Shown here piece by piece: positions 52,000-64,000 of a stretch of 64,000 nucleotides of DNA. The notes below the pieces were generated by a model, which saw only the letters and a list, made by a program, of their open reading frames with translations, was not told the DNA's origin and did not search any database. Origin of the DNA: Iphione sp. A-MEVVRFRX5. Its lineage: Eukaryota. The stretch's first letter is position 1; each line of letters begins with the position of its first letter. The DNA lies in assembly GCA_976226885.1 (NCBI GenBank), contig OZ320321.1, forward strand, positions 55,986,001-56,050,000. The letters are read 5' to 3'. The position numbers and the translations under genes are program-made.

Positions 52000-54900
52000 G
52001 CTGCGTATGCGCCTTGTGTTCAAGCGATGGTTAACGCTACAATGAGTTGCTCAGATCAGCTCGTTATGTCATACATTGTATACTTTTGTAGCTATTCATG
52101 GATTAATCCCCATGCAAAGAGCTTGTGAAGAGGTGGTGTCTCCACTTCAGTTAGGTAGGACATTTGTATTTCTGTGCTCGGCAGTGTACACATGTACACT
52201 GGTTCATATACATATTGGGGTAGTAACGTGAATCGCGAGGAGTGTTTCCATATGTGTGTATCCGTAGGTCTATAAATAAGGGGCAAAGAAAGGGACGGAG
52301 AGGGGGGAGAAGAAGAGAAAGGGAGACGGAGAGAGGGAGACAGAGGAGGAGAGGTAGAGACAGTGAATATGAGTTAATTCAAATGTTAACCTGAACCTGA
52401 CTTGATTAACGTCATAATAATTTTATAGGGGTTACTTACATTTCTCCAAACTAACTAAAAGCTTCACACCTTCTCGATACATTGATCCAAAATATACCTG
52501 AAACAAGCACTTCGAAATGATCATTCATAACCGTGTACAAGATACATCTAAATAAAATTAACTGCTTTCATGACGAGTATGCGAGTTCAACGCGTTTCAT
52601 TCAGGTACGTACGTTGCTCTTTGTTCTCTTTGTGACTTCCTTCACGTATACCTATGTGCACACTTTGTAGGGCTCACTGGAAGTTCTCTCGTGGACACGC
52701 CAGCAGGCACACATTGGTCAGATCCTGCTGGAAGCAGCTCATTATAAATCTTCATTTACATCGATAACATGTCTGTTGGTTCTGGGCTCAAGCTCCAAAA
52801 TTAAAAGCGAAACGCGATTTTCAGTCTTCAAAGGGCAAAATAATTCTGAGAACCATAATGTAGACAACCTTTATTTTGTTGATGTCTTATAGGACTCGTT
52901 AACTAGTTTTTGTAGGTTGGACAGACCGTCATAACCGCAGTCCCGAACTCGGCAGGTTCGGTGGTCCTTATTGATTCGTGCATATCTGAGCATACTAACC
53001 ACAACCCAGAAATATAAACAGAAATATAAATCGGTAGGTATTATTAGGGCAGCGCATCGTCTGCTTCCCGCTCTGTAGCATATCTCCCCTCCCGGTATGT
53101 GCAGGTGAGAGATCCAGAAAACGGTAATCATCTTTAACCCTGGAAAGCCGACTCATGCACATTCAATGACATTCAATGACATTCAATCGCCATTTTGGAT
53201 TCGAGTCCTCATGGTCTTTAACATACATCGATAATCGCACGCTTTCTCGATCATGTTAAATAATGCACTGCTGGCTTCAAAATCATGCTATACCTCATAA
53301 GTCAACACGAATGGAACAGGTATGATGGAATGAATGTTTTGATTTTAATTAATTCATTCTCTTTTTCTAGCATTCATCCGTTCGATACGTAACAGCTGGT
53401 TTAATAACTGCGTCGCTTTTCCCGTATATTTTCCTATGAACCAGTGACTTATTACTCAGCCACGCCCTTTATCAAGGTATACTATCGTAGAGCTCATCAT
53501 AGCTCCTATAATTACAGGATCAAGATTTAGATCTGCAATTAAAACGTCTCTGTGATTCGCCCTACGCGATTACAGATAATTCATGTCTTAAGCCTTCCTG
53601 CTCTGGTTACAGCTATATTATGTATTTCTGCTAAATGAAGCAATGGATATGTATTAATTCTGGCCCATAATTCGGAATCAAACTGCTAAAGAATTTTGTC
53701 ATCGGCTGCAGACGTCAGTGAGTAGGAGAAACGAACGTCTGTTGCTGAGAGATATAAATTCCCTGATTATTTTTTATTCCGCTAGACTATCATTTCTGGC
53801 CGCGGCACTTTCAAAAAAGGTATTCATTAAGTGCCGATGGCATGCGGCCTCCTAAATAGGGATGCTGCTGTTAAGTTGTGCATGGTAGTTGCTCATAGCA
53901 CCGAGGTTTACAAAGATAATACAAACTGACAGATTCATTGAGTGTTTGTAGTGTGTGGATTTTTATATTTTTATTGATGTCGTAGTTAAAGTTCCTCGCC
54001 TTGGTTTTTCTAAAGTGACATAAATTCTACCTTGACTCTCATAAGATATTAATTTTCTTAATACTCTTTAACCCATCAAAAAGTAAAAGACATTTTCTGA
54101 CGGCATACCAGTTTCTCTGGTCTTCTTTGAGGTCTGCCGACATCCCTGTTGTTGGCAGTATGTAACAACCTCCAGGTTTGAATTTAAGGTGCCGCAACCA
54201 TACTCAGCAGCCTTATAAATGGGCCAAAAGACCAACGTGATACCCTATAGACACATGTTATTCATGTCATTACTGTATTCGTTGGACCTACACGTATACA
54301 GCATTTAAGCGGGTATATGTGTGTGTACATGTATTTGTAGTGAGTATATGTCTTTCAGTGCCCAGAGATTAAATACGGTTGAATAAACCACTATGCGACC
54401 AGAACATAAAGCGACCAAAGCCTTAAATACGACCAGATGAGGTCAGAATGGAATTTTTCTGTTATTTTAACTATGAACTTTTATACCACAACCGGACCAG
54501 GCAGTAAAGCAGCCAAACCAGCCTGCGACTACACGTCTTTGGGTTGTACTCATAGAATTTTAATATCATAAAGTGACCAGAAATGTCACCATGACCCCTC
54601 GAATGTCCATCGCTCCAAGCATTGCAGGCTGTAAGTTGCGACCAGAGCCCTCTACACTTTCCTAACATCTCTCAGCATACATGGACATGTAGCGGATGCA
54701 TGCTGTCAGACCAGAAATCTGACACTGTGGTCTGCCCTGTGAATCATAATCAGTAATATGATGAAAGGTTGTTGGATGTCGGATTTTTGGAGTGATTGGG
54801 AAATAATTGACTACATTGTATCTATTGCAATATCGAGAAATTACACAAGCCATTAGGGCTCTGACTGTAGATGAAGTCATCCAACATAAGTCCTGAAGTG

Positions 54901-55200
54901 GAGTGAACCAGATGTTTCTGTTGGTTATAGCAAGTTTACTGTCCTTCTTGGCTAGTGTACCAGAGTTTATCATTCGATGACACATTACAAACAGATAAAA
55001 GGGACCTCTGGTCACACCATCTTGTATATACCATATATATAAACCAGGATATATAGGCGTCTTACTTGTCAAATTCAGCACTTTTAGGACTCCTATCAAT
55101 CAAATTCAACAATGCGACCAAAAACACTAATGTGACGACTTACGCTTGGAATGGAGGGGTGGTGGCAATGCGGCATTCGACTGATAAGGGCATATACTAT
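52000..55200 (-). mobile_element. Decayed DIRS/Ngaro-type retrotransposon (RT, RNase H, YR; gag largely absent)
   Basis: DGVTRGPFYL..INSGTLAKKDSKLAIT..P (clear RT N-terminus, ORF 54662..55099); HLHIPGGEICYRAGSRR and KLVNESYKTSTK (ORF 52871..53131); VYFGSMYREG (~52470-52500). Confidence 0.7.
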
Positions 55201-55249
55201 CGTAAAGTAAGGTGCATGCTACCTTAAAGTATAAAGATCAATATAAGGC

Positions 55250-58200
55250 AACGATCATATTCGGTATAAAGCATCTAATAACTGAACTAACCTATCATAG
55301 CAGAAACAAGGTATCAACATTTACATTTAAATCATTGTGCGCATAAACCCAGAGATCATCATTCCAGATACTGTAATACTTACACCAGGTTGGACAACAA
55401 CCTAGGATATCATTTTGAAAAAAGGCAGGATAGCAAAGTCAGACTTCTATAAATAGTTTGACTGATTGCATTTGTTTGAGCACCCTGCGTGGAACTGTAC
55501 AGACAGAACTGGAGAGACCGATGAAAGTTAGGGTGATGCATGTGTTGGTAGGTCATGCCATAGGGAGCACTTGAGACAAACATCCTGCGGTTCCATTTAT
55601 ACTCACTCCATGTTTGTCTTGGCCAAATTCGCCTCGATTGGTTTAGGAAGGGGAATGCAGGCGGAGAAAATGCTGGATGGACAGCAACCTTTCCCTATTC
55701 CATCCGCGGACAACTACTTACATCAACACGGAGTGAATGATGAAATAGTGTAGTGTATTGCCTCTTGGAGGAGTTAATTATTCCCTGAGAATAGACGACC
55801 GCACAAACATAGTAATAGTAATGGACGATCAATAAGAGTAATTTAGGCCCGCGCGTGTAGTTTCCCTCTGTATATGCTACACGTGAGTATGTATATATAT
55901 AAATACGTTATGCATGTAACATGTATATACATTTCAATCCGGGATTCAAGTGGAAACATCTACAAAGATCGGCCCATACATTAAGCACATCATGTTAACA
56001 TCTCTTTACATAGATCATGCGTTGCTGGAAAGCGACCGATAAACACATGCTAGTTTATTCTTGTAGGCCAATAATTCATCTGCCCATCCCTGCCCACGCA
56101 CTGTAGGTCGTAGCCATACCCCACTGTGCAATGCAGACAGCTTCCGATAGGTAGGTGAGGTTATTGTTGGCTCTTAGGAGACTCGGGCTGAAAACGAGGG
56201 GGGCCTACACGGCGTCCGGGATGAGGCTCAGCTGTCACAACACTGCTCGTGCAGTCACGTGAGCTCAGCAGGGAACCGACCCAGTCCGCGAAATCACTGT
56301 GGAGAGGTTTCCTACCGCTAGGTGGTGCTAGGTCTCTTTGACGAAACCGAGCGTGGCGCCCCCGCCCCTGCCGGCCGGCGCTGCCTCGGTCTGTTCTTCC
56401 CCTCACTATTCTCCACGTATTTATCCGGAACACAAAGAAATGGGATGTCTCTGTCCACTGCCACCCCTAGTGATATAGCATTAGCATTCGTAGATTCTTC
56501 TGGTCCTGAACATGGAATACATCTGTTTACTCTGTTCGTCGTGATGATTGTTTGTTCAAGGCGTATGGTCGGTTGTAAAATTTACTAAGATGAAGCTTTC
56601 ACTTTTACCGGATTCAATAACGTTATGTTTCTGAAACTCTTATTCCGCAACTTCAACGCTTAGATCTCGACTCCAACATGTCGATCAGAATGACGCTAAA
56701 GAGTATCATGTACTTTATGATTCCTGCCTTGTAGTAAGAACGTCAGTGGGAATCCAGATGACTAAAACTGACATACATCAATAAGCAACAGTCACTATGA
56801 TGTACCCGCAATACAATCAGCCGTAGCCCTCCGTTGTAAGGGAGACGTCAGGGTGGTCAACTAATTAGCTGCAATCCCAGGTGCCCAGTAGTGGAAACTG
56901 GCTGCAACGGTTTCCAATCAGCCCCATGCCGACGAGGCTAACGGTAACCCCAGCCATCTACACTACCGAGCAAACATCTGGTAAGAGCATGTTGGGGCTT
57001 TGTGGAGAGGGGGAGTCATGAACACAGCACGACGGGAGGGCACTGTGAATGATTTCCACCGTGGATATCGCCATTCGCCGCCATGTTAACCTTCTCTGGT
57101 TCAAAGCTCGGTATTCAGACGATGCGCGCTACCAATCTCGACGGTTATTATGGAAGCGTTGGCTGCTGACCGAGCGGTGGTTTAGTTACATTGTTGAGAA
57201 AGAATGTCATAGATGTGTTGGAAAAATGGTTTCCCCAAACTTGTGCGATTTACTATCTTGTATATTTGCACCTTCGTCTAGATTTAAAAGCGATTGTTTC
57301 GTCCCACTTTAAATCATTTGTTAGTACAGTTCCAGTTGGATAGGAAATACAACTCGGAATCAAACATCAGATGCTCTCGGACAGCTCTTTAACCACCCGC
57401 TCGAGGAGCTACATCGTGTCTCTTCTGTTCATCTATACTGGAGTATGACAATGCAGGCTTCTTCTATACTCCACAGAAGAAGGACGAACATCAAAACAAA
57501 AAGAAATTCTGGTCGAGGTCTCCCTTGCTCGGTTTGCATGATACTTTGTGACAAGTGCTGGGTATAGAGAAGGCTAAAAATTGTACAGCTAGATTCATCT
57601 CATTCGCTAAATGCTATGGATACTTCAGGAAGGGGTCCACCAATACAAGTACATATGTAGTACTGTTTTGGAACACTCTTCTGGATACGCTGAAAATAAA
57701 AGGCCGTATAATGTAATTTCCTGCAACTGAGGAATTCCAACTTGAAGTTACTTCAATTTGAATAATGACAATCGATGTAGGATTAATAGTTTTGCAGCAC
57801 AAAAGCTGTACAACACATCCTGACCAAAGCATTTGTTGTATATAATGATCCGACCTGAAACGACTATCCATCTAGATCTGCTGGAAATGCATTCGTTGAT
57901 TTAGCGTGAAAGGTAAATGTCTCCATATCAATTTTTCATAGTCGCGCAATGTGTCAGCTACACTGTGCCAGCCTACAAAATTACCTGAAAACATTATTCA
58001 CTTTATCCACGATAGTTCTGAATATCGATTCTTTGGCAGGCATTTTTAGCCTGTACATGTACATATATACTCCCGAACTATGGATGTATCACACTGCATT
58101 AAGAGTTTGGTATATAATATATATCTGTATTTTGTGGAGGAAGAAGGATTACTTTTCCTGCTTCGGTATGTTCCTAACTTACTTTCAGCAGTAACTGATG

Positions 58201-58550
58201 TGTATAAGGAGACCTTGCCAATAATATAAATGGCTGAACCACCCTCATATCCGTAATTGCCATTATAAGCTTCATTCAATACACATAATAATTCTGCTTT
58301 TGTAGTTCGCACTCACCTTTGCTTTTAGATACGGATCACTTCTCGCATTCTCATCCCATGTTTACCGTTCCCAATCGTGATAGAATTATAATAAACAGCT
58401 TTACTTTTTCGCAGAAGATCTTATTGTTTTTCTGGAAGTTTCGTCCTATATGCAATTCAAGCTCATGTTGTACTGAAGTACTGTTTAAGTTTACTCAGTT
58501 GCCTCATTCTACAAAAAAAACCCCACGAAGTATGGCTTAGAAAACGTACG
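55250..58550 (-). mobile_element. Decayed Ngaro-like retrotransposon with an MT-like region (gag, RT, RNase H, MT, YR)
   Basis: YIQQMLWSGCVV..INPTSIV (ORF 57614..57871, like FV..I..LL..GCI..NPLSV); NTWRIVRG..VGPP (ORF 56161..56433); LLCLCGRLFSGN (~55780-55815); ANLAKTN (~55615-55635); SLPYID (~55235-55255). Confidence 0.6.
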
Positions 58551-60188
58551 GCCGGGTATATCGCCCACATCTAACCTATAAGGTTCTATTGCAGTGTGCT
58601 TCGGGAGTTGACGTCTGTCGATGGAAAGTTGCAATATTCGAAGTGGCCTTGGCCCGCCCCTCCTTCTTCTATTTCTACTTACCAGGAACTATACTCCCGA
58701 CGCTGACCTCTGTTGTCTCAATGACACTCATTGATTCTTGCTGGGGAAAACAAACCATAGAGGGCGCCTCCCAGTCGCCTCATTTGCATGGACAGTGCTC
58801 TCAAGCGATGTCTACAACAGGCACAGGGGAACACTTGAGGAGCTATCCAGTGGAACTATGGAGAACCTCCAATGAGACTCCTGATGGCAAGCCAAAAAAG
58901 CCAGTCCATCACGTGTAATGTAACGTTGATCCTCCTTCTCCGTGTTTTAATTCAGTAAAAAAAAACTGGGACCTGTGTTTTTAATGCTTTCGTTTCATCT
59001 GATAGAGTTAGCACGTTTTAAGCAACCGTCACGGAAAATCTCCCTTTGATCTCAGTGCGTTATTCACGACAAACCTCCCTAGTCTAAAGAAGTGCACGTG
59101 ATAAATTATTAATATGTATATGGCTCCTTAGTGCTCTCCAGGTGGTCATAGAATTGTGGTAGTCAGATGGGATGTAATGGTCACTTGACGCCAACAAGCA
59201 TCTAGTAGAGATCCAGGGCCACTAGAGCATACTAGACTTAGTTCGGTGGTCTAGGCATGAGGCCCACACAATGTGTCCACGTTCTCCTGTTCTACGCCAC
59301 CCCTGGTCTCGGTGCTCGATTGATCCCAGGTGGCCCAGGGAGACAGGAGACGGACGAATCCGTTTGAAAGATCAGCCGAAGCCAGAGCCACAGGTGGATG
59401 TCTGTCTTAGAACAGAGAACAAGACTGCGACACACTTCCAGTCGTATACAGATCCGTTGGTAAAAAAAGGCCATATGCAGCGCTGTACATAATGTTTTCC
59501 TTCTACACGCAAGCAACGAGTGGGCGGCCTGTACATGTACAACGACAAGAAAAAAGCAGTGATAGCTTCGTAGGAAGTCCAAAAGTATGTTGTAAAATAA
59601 TAAGAAGGAAGGCTGAGAACAGCTAAGAAAGGTCATGTATAGTTATTCATGTGTAATACACATTCAATCAGTTCTACATACATATATATATATATATCTA
59701 AACATAGACATGTATAAGTATTTTTATATGCATGTCATATGCATACCTCCCTCGTGTGCCATTTTGTGAAAGAAAGGCTACGTGTCCCCAGCAGTGATTA
59801 TTATAATAGTTTAAATATTGTCACAGAATAGGCGGACCACATCCACACAGGTCTGTACTAGCTCTTCTTACAGTTGCTAGCATAGGGACAGGCCCCAGTG
59901 TGCTACTCTGTCAGCCATTTGGAATACAGTTGAACGCCATCATCAAAACAGATCAGAAAGGGGGATCAACCAGAAACAGGTATAAATGCAAACAGAACAA
60001 ACTGGGGTTTCTCTTATTTGTTAGGATAGACCAGAAGTGATAGCAGAGAGGGCTAGTCCATATGGTGTCCTGATTTTTGACGTTTCACTGTACTTTATTG
60101 TTATACAACCGATATAAAACATTGACTGAAAGTAGTACTGGCCACTCAGATGGTGGAAATCTCGTAATATTTGCCGAGAATTGTATTA

Positions 60189-60856
60189 CAGGAGAAACTT
60201 ACTTTGCGACCATCTTGCTTTACGACCAAAACGCCCATTCCGACCATTTTCCTTCAGAACGGAAATAATTTCAATACATAATCTATATGATAGTATCTTA
60301 CTTTGCGACCATATTGCTTTACGACCAAATTCACCGTATGACCACTCATCTTAGGGTCATTTTCAATATAATTTACTATCACTTTGCGACCGCCCAAGCG
60401 TGGTCGGATGTTCCTTGCACCTTGGAGGGTTGGCCGGCAGTGGTCGGGGCGTCAATGGCGACTTCTTTGATGGTCTCTCACCCTGGAGAGGGTCGGCCGG
60501 CAGTGGTCGGGCGTCAACGGCGACTTCTTTGATGGTCTCACCCTGGAGAGGGTCGGCCGGCAGTGGTCGCGGGCGTCAACGGGGACGTCTTTGATGGTCT
60601 CTCACCTTGGAGGGTTGGCCGGCAGTGGTCGAGGGCGCCAACGGCGACTTCTTTGATGGTCTCTCACCCTGGAGAGGGTCGGCTGGCAGTCAAATTACTA
60701 AACCAATTGATTTCTTTATATCATAACATAAGGGGAGGGGGCCAAACCCCCTAAATTCTTGTAGAGGGGTAGTTAAATTATTGCTTTGCGACCATATTCA
60801 GAATTACGACCATTTTGGGCCGACCCAAGTGGTGGTCGCAAAGTAAGATTCTCCTG
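60189..60856. mobile_element. Non-autonomous TIR element (MITE), Tc1/mariner-like by its TA target-site duplication, 668 bp
   Basis: 24-bp TIRs CAGGAGAA(A/T)CTTACTTTGCGACCA with 1 mismatch, and TA on both flanks (60187-88, 60857-58). The subterminal motif TTTGCGACC recurs near 60203, 60302, 60382 and 60785. No transposase ORF. Confidence 0.85.
60419..60690. repeat. Minisatellite, ~60-63-bp unit, 4 full copies plus a partial copy, inside the MITE
   Basis: Unit ~CCTGGAGAGGGTCGGCCGGCAGTGGTCGGGCGTCAACGGCGACTTCTTTGATGGTCTCTCAC repeated directly with small indels. Confidence 0.95.
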
Positions 60857-63249
60857 TACTTCACCGCTGTGTTCAGTCAAGCAGAACTGAAGGATGTAAA
60901 ATGTTATCCCTATGCTACAACAATATAAACCAGCCACTATGTATGTGCATTCAGGCATAACCAAGGTTGTAAAATGCGATCTCTAAGCGTTAAACTTGGC
61001 AGGGCGTATTTGCAGCACTGCATCAAAGAGGATGAAGCTCGGTTAGCACGACTGTGTGGACATGCATGACAGTCTCAGTCTGTACATCAACCCAGGGAGG
61101 GGGGAATGGAAGTGCTAGTGACTGGGGGAGAAGGAGGATAACCATGGAGGCAGGGGGATGGTGGCTGAACGGACTCTCTCTCTCTTTTTCTCTCTCTCAC
61201 TAGGAATACATCTCACCAAATATCATGAGATTTTCACCATCAGACTGGCAGGAAATGGAGAGAGAGAGAGAGTGAGTGAACGAATGTATAAACCTGAGGC
61301 AAAGTGATACTGTGTGTGTGTGCGTGTGTGTGAGTGCAAGTGCTGAAGGCACTTGAAATCGGTTAAACCATCCAGACCTCTCCACGTATCTCATTATTGC
61401 AGCCCCATGTAGGGGAAGCGCTGAAAATAGATAAAGGTTCATCGACAGGACACGTTGGACGATCTTTGCTGAGCCTTTTGAACTCTTCGAGTTGACCTAC
61501 AATTATCTGTAACATTCAAATATGGAAGATAAGTTGATTAAATTGAAAACCATGGAAGGTGAAAAGGGTCCTTGCTCATTCGGCTTGAATTTTATTTCCA
61601 TCATTATACGATGTCTTTGTGGTGTGGTGTATGCAAAGATAGGGGATAGCATACAGAAATGATACATTCTTACATTAGGGACCTCATCTGATCCAAGCAT
61701 ACCATTCACATGATCTTTAGGACGTTGGAATTAAATCTGCTTTTAAAGAGTCAGCAACCAACAAGTGGGGATTAACTCTCGCGGTGGCCGTCTGTACATG
61801 GTGCCTGCCAAGGGTCTCAGGTGCGGACGGCAACCCAATGAAGGTCGAACAGGGCATCCGTCAATGTCTCCCTGGGAGTGCGGTGTCTACATCGACTCAC
61901 CCGACGGAGTCAGATGTGTGTACGCTGTTGCCATTCTCGCAAACGTTGGATGACGCCAACGTTACGTCCTGCTCCTCACACCCCACGGTGCTTTGATGGG
62001 AGCTAAAAAGGAAGGCAGAGACCGGAAAGCACAGAGTGCGACTGAACTGTAGTCAATGACTCCCTTCACAATCAGTCTATTCTTGCGGTCGTTGTCGGGG
62101 CCGCGACCGCGGCGGTAGGAGTATTTGCAAGGGTGGGGGTTGGGGGGGATTTGGGGGAGAGAGGGTTGGGGGGGATTTGGGGGAGAGAGGTGTGTCCTAG
62201 ACACATGGCTGCAATCTGCTTGTTTCTGAGGTCCTACCACCACCACCAAAGAATCGCGCCGTGGCTTTCATGTTGGTCTTATCAAACGAAACGAAACGGA
62301 CCGGCCATGAATGAATAATACAAAAGCTTTGCTTTCCAGGACATCTCCCCCCCCCCCACATTCTCCCTGCATTATTCGCGCGTCTTTGATCACACATCGA
62401 AGCCACATTAGGCATATAACATTCAATCGCATTGTCTGTGGGTGCACACGGACACAAATGCCGCGGTATCGTCCTCCTATTGGAATCTAAAAATCATCAA
62501 AACCAGGATTGTCTGCTTCCTTCATCACAGGTCGGGTAATGGAACTCACTAGATGGTAGTGTATCTTCTGATACATGAAGGAGTGTAGTTGTCATTCGGT
62601 CTTTTGTGAGTCTGAGAGGAGGCGGTGGGGGCCCTTTGCGGACACCCCATGTCTAAACGACTGGTGCCTTCAGCATCTACTTAGACTGCCACTGGCAAAC
62701 CGGAAAAGGCGATGACATCAATTTGCAGGCCACAAAGCAGTGACGCCTCCTCAAGCCCTCGGATGTCGGGATCCCGCCGGGAGATGGAGCCGAGGCAACT
62801 GCCCGTTTCAACGCGGAATCAACCGTTGCCCACTCGCGCCTTTTACTGGAAGCTGTCACTAAGCGCCCCGGTGCCCAGTGGCGCTGGGACCCAGCGGGGG
62901 AAGATTGCATGTGTGCTCCACACCAAATGGGGGCGGGTACCGTGACGATATTCGCCGGAAATGAAAACTACTTTCAATTCGTCCGGCCGCATGACCGGGA
63001 GAAGATCCTTCCTGTTTTGATCGTCGAGCAGGGGCTGCCCCCTTGTTGACCGTCAGTGAAGTAGTGGTCCGTGGTCAGTATTTTTGCAGTTGGTGATATT
63101 GAATGATGTCTGGAAAGCCTCAATGTGATATATAGAAAGTAAAAGCTAAGGAATGGGAAATACTCGAGATAAACACCGCCTCTCTATCCTTTTTGTGGAT
63201 CAGTGAGCACATGACATGAGTTATATAGGACCAGGGGTCAGCAGTTTTA

Positions 63250-64000
63250 CCACACCATACTCAAAATACATGCACTTGCACCTACAAATATACTTTGAGA
63301 GACGTTGTAGGCTGAGGTAGATTGGCATGTGTAGTTAATTCATACTGGCACACACGTCTCATGGACAGGTAGGGATTTCAATTTCACATGAAGTAATCAT
63401 AGGCTCACCATTCGGAATTTGTGCCCTATGCACACAGATAAATCGGCGTGAATGGTCCGATCTGTAGGGATCCGAATGCTCAAATCCCCTCTGCAGTGGT
63501 ACAATAATGATACATCTTTTTGGATTAGCTGCATATATGTAACACCAAAGTCTCTTCATGTCGGATTTAACATTTTCCAAGCTGACTTCACTTACAAATC
63601 ATGTACGTGTTGTTCACTGACCAGTGATTATGCTATACACGGAGAAGTGTTCTCAGCAAGGGCAGGCTAGCTTTGATTGGATTTACAGGTTATGCCATGT
63701 ATCCACGTACGTTGTATGAATTCGATTAAATATGAAATGTTGATGCGTTCGTATATTGTTGCATTGTGTTTAGGCACAGGCTGTGATCTTCTTGCAAATG
63801 ACAGTCTTTGTTTTGTGAGAGGAGGCAGACTAATGAGGCAGTAGTCAGGCTCTCCACCTGGTGCGAGACCTTGATGTACAAGGTGTAACATGCGTCAGTC
63901 CGCAGCAGTTTAGGATTTGACGACCCGCCAGTCGAAGGCCGGTAGGGACGGGGGAGCGAGGAAACCTCAGGCAGCGGGCAAAAGGTCGTTTGTTCAGTTC
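63250..64000 (-). mobile_element. Decayed YR of another DIRS/Ngaro-type element, running off the window
   Basis: ORF 63359..63580 has ENVKSD (SKTD-like) and DPYRSDHSRR..IPNGEPMI (HSxRR motif). Confidence 0.6.

Larger units (their letters stand above)
59000..63150 (-). mobile_element. Decayed DIRS/Ngaro-type retrotransposon interrupted by the MITE
   Basis: DRKNRLIV (ORF 61962..62249); EQGPFSPSMVF (ORF 61503..61709); LFDAV and HRDNI (RNase H, ~60900-61050); TALHMAFF..CSKTD (ORF 59292..59636); YHVHFFRLG..SKGDF (~59035-59105). Confidence 0.7.

Noticed and set aside
60419-60690. CRISPR-like array
   Set aside because: The units are directly adjacent with no unique spacers, there are no cas genes, and the context is eukaryotic. 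It is a minisatellite.
1-64000. tRNA, rRNA or other structured ncRNA genes
   Set aside because: None was recognised by eye. tRNAscan-SE and Infernal were not run, so short ones could be missed.

Overview
This is eukaryotic DNA: it has a spliceosomal intron, long (GA)n/(TA)n microsatellites, and no operon-like gene packing. It is probably from an animal, and a marine invertebrate is an unverified guess from composition. I found no host gene, rRNA, tRNA or CRISPR array. Manual reading of the minus strand across frameshifts and stops shows the window is almost entirely transposon remnants. About 20 heavily decayed DIRS/Ngaro-type tyrosine-recombinase (YR) retrotransposon segments (gag zinc finger, RT, RNase H, sometimes MT, then YR) lie head-to-tail every ~2-4 kb, all on the minus strand. 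A decayed Gypsy pol and a Polinton-like integrase fragment are also on the minus strand. One apparently intact, intron-containing Crypton-type YR gene (523 aa, DUF3504-like) with a 53-bp-arm hairpin upstream is on the minus strand too. A TA-flanked MITE with an internal ~61-bp minisatellite is inserted near 60.2-60.9 kb. The most interesting signal is the architecture: a unidirectional, YR-dominated element array, suggesting a uni-strand piRNA-cluster-like trap and/or recombinase-driven accretion. Boundaries of the decayed elements are approximate (about +/-100-300 bp) and rest on by-eye motif recognition, not profile searches.
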